In this document: positions 9,754 through 19,200 of the stretch, piece by piece
Layout: each line of letters opens with the position of its first letter
How positions within the stretch are numbered: position 1 is the first letter of the stretch
NCBI RefSeq assembly: GCF_000009045.1
Contig: NC_000964.3
Span: forward strand, 3,810,001 to 3,842,000
Length of the DNA: 32,000 bases
Origin: Bacillus subtilis subsp. subtilis str. 168
Lineage (GTDB): Bacteria > Bacillota > Bacilli > Bacillales > Bacillaceae
Direction of reading: 5' to 3'
Translations under genes and position numbers: made by a program
Notes under the pieces: generated by a model
Seen by the model: only the letters and a program-made list of their open reading frames with translations
Database searches by the model: none
What the model was told of the DNA's origin: nothing

Positions 9754-11481
9754 CTATCGATGCACCATTTGCCCGAATTGCGCTTGATGCAGCCTGCTGT
9801 ATAGGCCTCCGGCTTCGATCAGGTCTTGATGACGGCCTTGTTCTTCAATACCGTTGTTTGTGACGACTACAATTCTGTCCGCGTCTTTGATTGTTGCCAG
9901 CCTGTGGGCGATGACAAGCGTCGTGCGCCCCTCAGACAACTCTTGAAGCGCCTTTTGGATCGCCGCTTCCGTCTCTGTATCAAGGGCTGAGGTGGCTTCG
10001 TCGAGAATCAAGATCGACGGATTTTTCAAGAACATCCTTGCAATTGACAGACGCTGTTTTTGCCCGCCGGAAAGCTTCACGCCGCGTTCGCCAATCATAG
10101 TATCCAACCCATCGGGCATGTTATGGACGAGCTCTTCCAGATGCGCCTGCTTCACAGCTTGCCAAATGTCTTCTTCTGATGCGCCTAGTCGGCCGTAGGC
10201 GATATTTTCTCTAAGCGTGCCCGAGAATAAGAAAACGTCCTGCTGCACGACGCCAATCTGCCCGCGCAACGAAGAAAGCGTCATGTCTTTTATACTGATG
10301 CCGTCAATCGTAATGTCGCCCTCCGATGCTTCATAAAAACGCGGAAGCAGACTGCAAAGCGTTGATTTCCCAGCACCTGACGGACCGACGAACGCCACCG
10401 TTTCCCCCGCTTGAATGGATAGGTTGATGTCATTGAGGACATTGTGATGGTCATCATAGCCAAACGAAACATGTTTATAGCGGATATTGCCCTTCAGGCC
10501 GGAAACATCTTTCGAATCAGGTGAGTCCTGAATATCCGGCTCTGTCTCCATGAGCTCCATATAGCTTTTGAAACCCGCGATCCCCCTCGGATACATTTCG
10601 ATAATGGCATTAATTTTGTCAATAGGCCTGAACAGCACATTCGTCAAGAGTACAAACGCCACAAATTCCCCGTACGATAAGGAGCCGCGAATGACAAACC
10701 ACGTCCCGCACAAAAGGACAAACAGCGTGACAAACCGGGTCAGCATATAGCTGATTGAACCGTTTTTCGCCATGATTTTGTAGGAAGAAAGCTTTGTGAC
10801 ACGAAAACGCTGGTTGTTGACGGCGAAGCGTTCTTTTTCAAATGCTTCATTTCCGAACGCCTGCACAAGCCGGATGCCGCCGATGTTATTTTCTACACGC
10901 GCGCTGAAGTCTCCGATATCCTTGTTCAGCGTGGTAAATGCTTTGGTCATTTTTTTGTTGAAATAAAGCGCTAGCCAAATGACGATCGGCATAATGATAA
11001 ACGTTAATAAAGCAAGCTGCCAGTTAATAAACAGCATCACTCCGAACGCCCCGAGAATGGTCATGACCGCAATGAATAAGTCTTCCGGTCCGTGATGGGC
11101 GACTTCACCGATATACATTAAATCGTTCGTGAGCTTCGACATCAGCGTTCCCGTCTTGTTGTTGTCGTAAAATTTGAACGAGAGCTTTTGCAAATGGTCA
11201 AAAAGCGACTTTCTCATATCAGTCTCAATATTGATACCAAGCATGTGTCCCCAGTAGGTCACGATATACTGAAGAGCCGAGCTGAGCGCGTACACCGCAA
11301 ATAACCCGATTGAGGTCGCGATGATCAGTCCCCAGTCCCTGCCCGGCAGCAAGGTATCAATAAAATAATTGACGATCAAAGGAAAACTCAGCTCCATTAA
11401 ACCTCCCGCGATCGCTGAGAAAAAGTCGAGAAAGAACAACGTTTTATATGGTTTATAATATGAAAAAAATTGCCGCAGCAC
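9754..11481 (-). CDS. ywjA: ABC exporter, fused permease and ATPase (MsbA/MDR type), 575 aa
   Basis: ORF 9754..11496. I prefer the GTG at 11481, which follows GGGGGAAG. Six-TM N-terminal half. Walker A GPSGAGKST, signature LSGGQKQR, Walker B ILILDEATSALD. Confidence 0.9.
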   Translation of the reverse strand: MLRQFFSYYKPYKTLFFLDFFSAIAGGLMELSFPLIVNYFIDTLLPGRDWGLIIATSIGLFAVYALSSALQYIVTYWGHMLGINIETDMRKSLFDHLQKLSFKFYDNNKTGTLMSKLTNDLMYIGEVAHHGPEDLFIAVMTILGAFGVMLFINWQLALLTFIIMPIVIWLALYFNKKMTKAFTTLNKDIGDFSARVENNIGGIRLVQAFGNEAFEKERFAVNNQRFRVTKLSSYKIMAKNGSISYMLTRFVTLFVLLCGTWFVIRGSLSYGEFVAFVLLTNVLFRPIDKINAIIEMYPRGIAGFKSYMELMETEPDIQDSPDSKDVSGLKGNIRYKHVSFGYDDHHNVLNDINLSIQAGETVAFVGPSGAGKSTLCSLLPRFYEASEGDITIDGISIKDMTLSSLRGQIGVVQQDVFLFSGTLRENIAYGRLGASEEDIWQAVKQAHLEELVHNMPDGLDTMIGERGVKLSGGQKQRLSIARMFLKNPSILILDEATSALDTETEAAIQKALQELSEGRTTLVIAHRLATIKDADRIVVVTNNGIEEQGRHQDLIEAGGLYSRLHQAQFGQMVHR

Positions 11482-11523
11482 CCTATCTTCCCCCAATGTA
11501 TAAATAACTGATAATATTTCTCA

Positions 11524-11551
11524 ATTATACTATACACGGGCTGTTTTGTAA
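11524..11551 (-). promoter_or_regulatory. Candidate sigma-A promoter for ywjA-ywjB
   Basis: Minus strand: TTACAA (11551-11546), 16-nt spacer, TATAAT (11529-11524). Lies about 40 nt upstream of the ywjA start. Confidence 0.4.
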
Positions 11552-11569
11552 GATCAGATTTCTTTTTTC

Positions 11570-13072
11570 TTACAGAACACCTGAAAACAGGCGGGCAAAC
11601 GACTCTTTTGTCCGGTCAGCCACACCTCTTTTATAAAAGCCGACAGGGCTGAGCTTTTCACTTTCCTGCATATCCTCTTCAAAATGGGCCTCAAGGGTTC
11701 GGATCGCTTCGGCATCCGTGAAGAACACATTCACTTCAAAGTTGAGCTGAAAGCTGCGCATGTCCATATTCGCGGTACCGACGGAGGCGAGATCGCCATC
11801 AATGATCATGACTTTTTGATGCATGAAGCCTTTTTGGTAGGAGTACACTTCAATGCCCTCAAGGAGCAGCTCCGGGAAATAGGACCTCGACGCGTATTGG
11901 GTCAAAAAGCTGTCGTTCTTCTCCGGCACCATAACCCTTACCTCTACCCCCTTTGTCGCCGCTGCTTTTAGCGCCGTGCGAATGGATTCATTGGGGACAA
12001 AATAGGGCGTGGCGATCCATATTGATTTCTGCGCTGAAGAAATCATTTCATAATAAAGGTCGCTCATGCTTTCCTTCATGTCAGGGCCTGTCGCGACAAT
12101 TTGATAAATGCCTCCTCCTTCCACGGGAACCGGGGTATTGTACTCCTCTTGATCAATTAGCACTTCATTGGAGACATATTCCCAATCCAGCATAAAGATA
12201 GCGTGGAGCGTTTGCACAATTTCCCCCTCAAGCCGCAGGTGTGTATCTCTCCAAAATCCGATGTACGGATCTCTGCTGATATATTCCTTCCCGACATTTA
12301 ATCCACCCACAAAACCGGTTTTCCCATCGATGATCACGATTTTCCGGTGATTTCTGAAATTCAGCTTCTGGTTGAAAAACCCGTATTTCAGCGGAGAAAA
12401 CGGGACGATGTCCACCCCCGCTTGTTTCATTCTCATAATATCTCTTCTTGCCAGCTTCATGCTTCCTGCCGCATCGTATAAAAACCTCACCTCGACACCC
12501 TGGCGCGCTTTCTCCATCATAATATCCATCATGCCGCGTCCGAGCATGTCTGATTTAAACATGTAGTATTCAATATGTATGTAAGATTCCGCTTTTCTCA
12601 TTGCTTTGAAAATGTCCGGGAAGGTTTCTTCGCCGTTTTTCAGCACTTTGATGTTGCTTTTCGTATTGATATTCATATGGGCAGCCCTGATGGAATATGT
12701 AAAGAACCTCTCTTGATTGTCCTTCAGCCCTGTCACTTCGGGCGTTTCCTCCTTGTCAAACAGCTTCCTGAGCTTTTCCCTGTTGTACATTCGTTTTGTC
12801 TTAAACAGCTTTCCCTTTACATAAAGCTGTCCCGAAAACAGATAAAACACGTAGCCGACGATTGGAAAAAAGACAAGAATATGGATCCATAGCAGCGTGT
12901 GCTGCGAGGTGCGGTTTTCAAGAATTAATGAATAGATGCTGAACAAAATAATGCTTATATAGCAAAGCAATCCTCCGTAAAACTCAAGTCTGGAAACCGG
13001 AAAAAACCAAATGACATATGCCCCGATGAGCATCATATATAAAAAGAAAAATTCCAGTCTCCTTTTCAGCAT
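11570..13072 (-). CDS. ywiE: Cardiolipin synthase paralog (phospholipase D family, two HKD motifs), 500 aa
   Basis: ORF 11570..13087. I prefer the ATG at 13072, which follows GGAGAG. Two N-terminal TM helices. HKD motifs HRKIVIIDG and HQKVMIIDG. Confidence 0.9.
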   Translation of the reverse strand: MLKRRLEFFFLYMMLIGAYVIWFFPVSRLEFYGGLLCYISIILFSIYSLILENRTSQHTLLWIHILVFFPIVGYVFYLFSGQLYVKGKLFKTKRMYNREKLRKLFDKEETPEVTGLKDNQERFFTYSIRAAHMNINTKSNIKVLKNGEETFPDIFKAMRKAESYIHIEYYMFKSDMLGRGMMDIMMEKARQGVEVRFLYDAAGSMKLARRDIMRMKQAGVDIVPFSPLKYGFFNQKLNFRNHRKIVIIDGKTGFVGGLNVGKEYISRDPYIGFWRDTHLRLEGEIVQTLHAIFMLDWEYVSNEVLIDQEEYNTPVPVEGGGIYQIVATGPDMKESMSDLYYEMISSAQKSIWIATPYFVPNESIRTALKAAATKGVEVRVMVPEKNDSFLTQYASRSYFPELLLEGIEVYSYQKGFMHQKVMIIDGDLASVGTANMDMRSFQLNFEVNVFFTDAEAIRTLEAHFEEDMQESEKLSPVGFYKRGVADRTKESFARLFSGVL

Positions 13073-13142
13073 CCTGATTCTCTCCAATCTGATTCAATTA
13101 CCTCTGTATTACCTCTTTTTTCTAATCGATAAACCTTGTAAG

Positions 13143-13176
13143 TAAAAAACCTCTCCGCCAAAGGAGGAGAGGTTTA
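13143..13176 (-). terminator. Orphan intrinsic terminator (minus strand) with no annotated gene in front of it
   Basis: AAACCTCTCC (13147-13156) pairs with GGAGAGGTTT (13166-13175). On the minus strand the stem is followed by TTTTTT (13149-13144). It lies about 70 nt upstream of the ywiE start. Confidence 0.7.
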
Positions 13177-13528
13177 GAGAAAACTAACTGTCACGGAATT
13201 CATCCGCATCGTTTCTGCAGAAATAAAGCAAGACTATTGGCAACGCCGAGTGACAACATGAGCGGCAAGCTGAACCCGCTCAGCACTCCGGCAAGCGCCG
13301 AAAAGAAGGCGGCGCTGTGACTGCAAATACGGTGGATAGAGTAAATTTGATACCCATTCTGATGAGAGAAAATATATAAAACGGGAAATTGATCAGAAAG
13401 ATATAAGGAGTTAGTCAGGCTGAATCATAATCTGGCTGTTCCGCCGGTTTAAAATGAGTAAAATCCTTGATGTTATTTCCATATACAAACATAACAGGAT
13501 TCCCGGCAGCCCAGCCATTACCTTGGCA

Positions 13529-13557
13529 GAAAAAACCCCCTCTTGCAAGGGGGATTT
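13529..13557 (-). terminator. narGHJI operon terminator
   Basis: CCCCC (13536-13540) and GGGGG (13549-13553) flank an 8-nt loop. A T-run follows on the minus strand. It starts directly after the narI stop (13558-13560). Confidence 0.75.
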
Positions 13558-14229
13558 TCACGAGCGTTTCCGATATACAACGTAGCTGCGGGTCAGATAC
13601 TTGAGCGGCAGACTGAACACATGAACCAATCTCGTAAACGGCCACAGGATAAAAACGACGTATCCTATCACAATATGAAACTTAAACCATAGCGGGACAC
13701 TCTCCATCAAAGAGGCGTCAGGCCTGAACAAAACGATTTCCCTGAACCAGGGCCCGACTGTGGTCCGGTAATCAAATCCTTTCGAATCAATGTTGAGAAA
13801 CGTGGCCGCAACGCCTGACAGCATCATGAACAGCAGCAGGAGGAGCGTAAGGATATCGGATGGCGAGCTCGTTTTGCGGATTCTTTTGTCAAACAGCCTT
13901 CTGTACGTCAGGATGACAAGTCCGGTACATGCCGCAATGCCCGCCGGCAAGCCAGCGCCAATCGCCATTTTGTGATACATATGCTCTGAAATGCCAAGGG
14001 AAGCATACACGCCTTCTGGGATCAGAATCCCCATGACATGCCCGCCGACAACGCACAGCAGTCCCCAGTGAAAAAGTGTGCTGCCAGCCGCAAGTTTTTT
14101 CTTTTCTAACAGCTCGCTTGATTTCGCCGTCCAGCCAAATTGGTCATGCTGATAGCGGTAAATATGGCCGCCGATAAAGATTGTCAATACAATGTATGGC
14201 ATAATACCCCAGAGGATCTGCCCGCTCAT
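13558..14229 (-). CDS. narI: Respiratory nitrate reductase gamma subunit (membrane cytochrome b)
   Basis: 223-aa, five-TM ORF. Overlaps the narJ stop by 4 nt. Matches NarI from memory. Confidence 0.95.
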   Translation of the reverse strand: MSGQILWGIMPYIVLTIFIGGHIYRYQHDQFGWTAKSSELLEKKKLAAGSTLFHWGLLCVVGGHVMGILIPEGVYASLGISEHMYHKMAIGAGLPAGIAACTGLVILTYRRLFDKRIRKTSSPSDILTLLLLLFMMLSGVAATFLNIDSKGFDYRTTVGPWFREIVLFRPDASLMESVPLWFKFHIVIGYVVFILWPFTRLVHVFSLPLKYLTRSYVVYRKRS

Positions 14230-14780
14230 GCCTGAACAGCCCCTTCAACGCTTTCACGTACGCCAATGTTTTCAAGCGCGGCCAGCAGCACGTGCAGCAG
14301 TTCAGCGTATATACTGTCATTTTTTTCGAGACGGGATGCCAGCTCCCTCACATTGGACAGATATTTCTCAAACACGCTTCTCGCTGCTTCAATTTCTGCA
14401 GCCGCAGCAAATTCCAGCATCAGCGGCAGATAATCAGGCAGCTCTTTCTCTGTCGGCAGGAAACCGGATTGCTCGTATGTGTTTTTTAAATGCAGCAATT
14501 CAATGCCGCGTTCCCTTTGCTCGCCTGAGTTAAAGTAGGTGACATACATATTTGTTTTTTTCCCGAAGTCGAATGTATAGACATAGTGTTCAATCAGCGC
14601 TTCCGGAGAATAGCTGGCTGACGTCTCGAAAAAGTGCAGCAGCTTCTCCCGGATTTGCCGGTTGCCGATTTCTTGGATAAGAGCCTTCCAATCGGGAAGC
14701 TCGGCTCTCCACTCTTCATCCGGATAAGAGAGAAGACAGGAAAGAGCAGAGAACGTGATTTGCCGGTCTGTGGTGTTCAT
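14226..14780 (-). CDS. narJ: Nitrate reductase assembly chaperone (delta subunit), 184 aa
   Basis: ORF 14226..14795. I prefer the ATG at 14780 (MNTTDRQ...), which follows GAGGTG. Acidic, TorD/NarJ-like, located between narH and narI. Confidence 0.92.
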   Translation of the reverse strand: MNTTDRQITFSALSCLLSYPDEEWRAELPDWKALIQEIGNRQIREKLLHFFETSASYSPEALIEHYVYTFDFGKKTNMYVTYFNSGEQRERGIELLHLKNTYEQSGFLPTEKELPDYLPLMLEFAAAAEIEAARSVFEKYLSNVRELASRLEKNDSIYAELLHVLLAALENIGVRESVEGAVQA

Positions 14781-14805
14781 CTTGTTACACCTCATTTATC
14801 AAAAG

Positions 14806-16269
14806 TTAGAAACAGGAGCCGGGGCCGCCTGAAAATGATAAGCCGCAGCTTCCTTGTTCAGCGTATAAATCTGATACTTCTTCTCGATGGCTGCTCGGAA
14901 TCACAAAGCGGTCATCATATTTGGCAATCGCAAGCAGCCGATACATATCTTCAATTTGCTGTTCTGTTAAGCCGACACTGGAGATCAGTTCCGGATCGAT
15001 TGATTTATTCGTCTGGACCGCTCTCATATACTGGCGCATGACAGACATTTTCTTTAATGTTGACCGAATATGATCCGTATCACCGGCTGTTAACAGCTGC
15101 GCCAAATAATCTATCGGGATTCTCATTTGGTCGATAGCCGGAAAAATATCTTCCGCCGTTTGCCGGCTGCCTTTTCCTTCAAAGAGATTCATAATCGGGC
15201 TGAGCGGCGGAATGTACCACACCATTGGCAGCGTGCGGTACTCAGGATGAAGCGGCAGCGCGATCTTCCAGTCAATGATCATTTTATAGATCGGTGATTG
15301 CTGCGCGGCCTCTATCCATTCAGCCGGAATGCCTTGTTCTTTTGCCAGTTTGGCAACCTCAGGATCATTCGGATCAAGAAAAACGTCCAATTGGGAATGG
15401 TAGAGATCCTTTTCATTTTCAACAGATGCCGCTTCCTCCACTTTGTCCGCGTCATATAGCATGACGCCGAGGTAGCGGATTCTGCCAACACACGTCTCAG
15501 AGCAGATGGTTGGCAGTCCCGCCTCCAAACGCGGAAAGCAGAGTGTGCATTTTTCCGCTTTGTTCGTTTGCCAGTTAAAATAGACTTTTTTATAAGGACA
15601 GGATGAGACGCAATATCTCCATGAACGGCATGCGTTTTGATCCACAAGCACAATGCCGTCCTCCTCGCGTTTGTACATGGCGCCGGATGGACAGGATGAG
15701 ACGCATGCCGGGTTGATGCAGTGCTCGCAAATACGGGGCAAATACATCATAAAGACGTCATCGAATTCTGTTTTGATCGATTCCTCCATCTTTTGTACGT
15801 TGGGATCTTCAAGTCCCGTAATGTGGCCGCCTGCGAGATCGTCCTCCCAGTTCGGTCCCCATTCGATATTCATGAAATCCCCCGTCAAGGACGATTTCGG
15901 GCGTGCTACCGGCTGGTGTTTTTTCTGCGGGCTGTTCGTTAATGTTTCATAATCATAGTTCCAAGGTTCATAGTAATCATCAATTGACGGCTGATTCGGA
16001 TTATAGAAAAGGCCTGCAAGCCGATTGGTTTTCGAGCCCGATTTCAGCTCGAGCTTTCCTTTTTTCAATGTCCAGCCGCCTTTATATTTGTCCTGGTCCT
16101 CCCATTGCTTCGGGTAGCCGATGCCCGGCTTTGTTTCTACATTATTGAAGTACATATATTCCGCACCGGAACGGTTTGTCCACGTGTTTTTGCAGGTGAC
16201 GCTGCACGTGTGGCAGCCGATGCATTTATCCAAGTTCATGACCATACCGATTTGCGCTTTAATCTTCAA
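14806..16269 (-). CDS. narH: Respiratory nitrate reductase beta subunit (four Fe-S clusters)
   Basis: 487-aa ORF with TTG start after AAGGAGG. Cys groups CIGCHTCSVTC, CEHCINPACVSSCP, CRSWRYCVSSCP and CTLCFPR...CSETCVGR. Overlaps the narG 3' end by 11 nt. Confidence 0.96.
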   Translation of the reverse strand: MKIKAQIGMVMNLDKCIGCHTCSVTCKNTWTNRSGAEYMYFNNVETKPGIGYPKQWEDQDKYKGGWTLKKGKLELKSGSKTNRLAGLFYNPNQPSIDDYYEPWNYDYETLTNSPQKKHQPVARPKSSLTGDFMNIEWGPNWEDDLAGGHITGLEDPNVQKMEESIKTEFDDVFMMYLPRICEHCINPACVSSCPSGAMYKREEDGIVLVDQNACRSWRYCVSSCPYKKVYFNWQTNKAEKCTLCFPRLEAGLPTICSETCVGRIRYLGVMLYDADKVEEAASVENEKDLYHSQLDVFLDPNDPEVAKLAKEQGIPAEWIEAAQQSPIYKMIIDWKIALPLHPEYRTLPMVWYIPPLSPIMNLFEGKGSRQTAEDIFPAIDQMRIPIDYLAQLLTAGDTDHIRSTLKKMSVMRQYMRAVQTNKSIDPELISSVGLTEQQIEDMYRLLAIAKYDDRFVIPSSHREEVSDLYAEQGSCGLSFSGGPGSCF

Positions 16270-19200
16270 GCCAATCGACCTCCTTCAGCTTGCGGATGAC
16301 GACGTTCAGGTCGCGCTGATTCCCCGTTGGACCGTAATAATTAAAGCCGTAGCTGAGCTGGGCGTAGCCACCGATCATCTGTGTCGGCTTGACGTGAATC
16401 CTTGTCGGGCTGTTATGGGTGCCTCCGCGGTTATTCGTCAGCTTTGTGCCGGGCACGTTGATGTGGCGGTCCTGGGCATGGTGCATAAACGCCATTCCTT
16501 TAGGAATCCGATGAGACAAAACGGCTCTCGCGACGACAACGCCGTTTCGGTTGAAGCATTCAATCCAATCGTTGTCTTTGATATCCGTGTCCTCTGCATC
16601 ATCTTTATTCATCCACACGGTCGGCCCGCCGCGGAACAGCGTCAGCATCGGCAGAGAATCAAAATACATGCTGTGGACAGACCATTTATTATGCGGCGTC
16701 AAATAATTGAGGACGATTTCTTTTCCCTCTTGATCAGGCCGTTTGCTCAGAAACGGGCGATGCTGGAGGATCGGTTTGAATGTCGCCATCGTTTCACCGA
16801 ATTCCATCATCAGTTCATGATCGACATAATAGGATTGTCTGCCTGTCAGCGTCCGCCACGGAATTAATTTTTCAACATTCGTTGTAAACGGCGAATACCT
16901 GCGCCCTCCTTTTTCAGAGCCGGTAAACGCTGGAGACGTGATCACCGTTTTCGGCTGGGCTGTAATTTGTTCGAACGTAAAGCATTCTTCCTCGCGTTCT
17001 TCCGCCAGGTCTTTCAGCTTCAGGTTCGTGATGTTTTCAAGTGATTCCCATGCTTTTACTGCGACCTTTCCATTCGAAGTGGATGATAGGGTTAAAATCG
17101 CTTCTGCAGCCTGCTTTGCTTCACTTATATTTGGACATCCCTTTGCCACGCTGTCCGAGGTGATTTCTCCCAGTCTCTGTTTGAGTGATTCATATTCATC
17201 GGCTATTGACCAGCTCATCCCTTTTGTTCCGCTCGGCTTTAAAGCAACGTTCGGACCAAGTGCAGTCATTTTATGAAAAATGTGTTTGTAATCCCGTTCA
17301 ACGACTTGGATGTTCGGCATCGTTTTTCCCGGAATGGCTTCACATTCGCCTTTGCTCCAGTCATTGATTTTGCCGAATGGCTGGGCCAATTCCTGCATGG
17401 TGTCGTGGAGCAGCGGTGTCGCAACCACTTCTTTCACCGGCTCCATATCGACTTCTTCTGCCAGATCGGAAACGGCTTTTGACAGCGCCTTGAAAATATC
17501 CCAGTCTGACTTCGATTCCCACGGAGCCGAGATCGCAGGAGCAAATGGATGAATGAACGGATGCATATCTGTGCTGCTGAGATCGTGTTTTTCATACCAT
17601 GTCGCCGCCGGCAGCACGATATCGGAATACAGCGCCGTACCCGCCATTCGAAAATCAAGATTGATTAATAAGTCGAGCTTTCCTTCCGGCGCCTGCTCCC
17701 GCCATTTGATTTCTTCTGGGCGGATGCTGTCGCTGTCGTCATTCATTAAACCGTTCGTTGTCCCCAGCAAATGCTTGAGAAAATATTCATGCCCTTTTCC
17801 TGAGCTTGAGATCAGATTTGCCCGCCATACAAAGAGATTCCTTGGGAAATTCACTTCATTGTCAGGATCTTCAATCGCGAATTTCAGTTTTTTCTCTTGG
17901 AGCTGTGAGGCCACGTACGCACCTACGTCTTCAGGTGTTGCTGCCCCTGCTTTTTCAGCTTCTTTATACAGATCGATGCCATTTTGATTGAAAGTCGGGT
18001 AAGACGGAAGCCACCCTAGCCGCGCCGCCAGCACATTGTAATCAGCGTGGTGCTTGTAGCGGGATGAAGCAGCAATCGGTGATGCCAAATCACTGATCGG
18101 CTGGTCCTCATAACGCCACTGATCTGTCGCAAAGTAGAAAAATGAGGTGCCATTTTGCAGCTTGGGCACGCCTTCCCAGTCCTTTGCAGTTGCAATCGTC
18201 TGCCACCCTTCAGCAGGTCGGAGCTTTTCCTGCCCCACGTAATGGGCCCAGCCTCCGCCGTTTACGCCTTGGGCGCCTACAAGTAAAACAAGATTTAACA
18301 CTGCTCGGTAGATCGTGTCGGAGTTGAACCAGTGGTTAATGCCGGCCCCTACGATAATCATGGACCGGCCGTCTGTATCGATCGCATTTTGGGCAAACTC
18401 TCTGGCAATCTTAACGACAGCTTCTTTTTTGATTCCTGTCATTTGTTCCTGCCAGGCAGGCGTAAACGGCTCAGGGTCATCATAGGAGACAGCCGATCGT
18501 TCGCCGATGCCCCGGTTCACGCCGTAGTTAGCCAGTATCAAGTCAAACACGGTCGTGATGTACGTTTCTTCACCGTTCAGGTTCATTTTTTTAATAGGAA
18601 GATCCCGCTCGAGCACTTTGTTTCCGTCATTTGAAAAATACGGGATGCGCACCGTGCCGATTTCGTCCTCTATTCCCAGCACAGAGAGACGGGGTTCAAT
18701 CGGTTCCCCGGTTTCTTCATCAATCATGTGCAGGTTCCATTTCTGCTGCCCGTCCCAGCGCGAGCCCATTGTCCCTTGGGGTATGGCAAATGAACTTGTC
18801 TGTTCATCCCAAACCGCAGGCTTCCACTGATCATGCTTTGTCTTCCGCCCGATGTCCTTCGCATGCAGAAACCGTCCCGCTGTGTATACGCCATTTTCTT
18901 TTGACAGAGTGACGAGAAATGGAAAATCAGTGTATTGCTTCGCGTACTCAATAAAACGTTCAGTTTCTTGGTTCACGTAAAATTCCTGCAGAATAACGTG
19001 ACCCATCGCCATCGCAAGCGCCCCGTCAGTCCCTTGGCGAATACTCAGCCAGTCATCCGCGAACTTTGAGGATTCCGCAAAATCTGGACTGATCGAAATG
19101 ACCTTAGCGCCTTTATAGCGGGCCTCCGCCAAAAAATGCGCGTCAGGCGTTCTCGTTAACGGAACGTTGGAGCCCCATGTGATAATATAGCCGGAATTGT

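Noticed and set aside
13415-13645. 76-aa minus-strand ORF overlapping the narI 3' end
   Set aside because: It starts inside narI in another frame and reads straight through the narGHJI terminator hairpin. There is no RBS. It is not credible as a gene, although the region downstream of it is flagged separately.
16121-16867. 248-aa plus-strand ORF spanning the narH/narG junction
   Set aside because: It is antisense to two strongly supported nitrate reductase genes. It has no RBS and no recognisable motifs.
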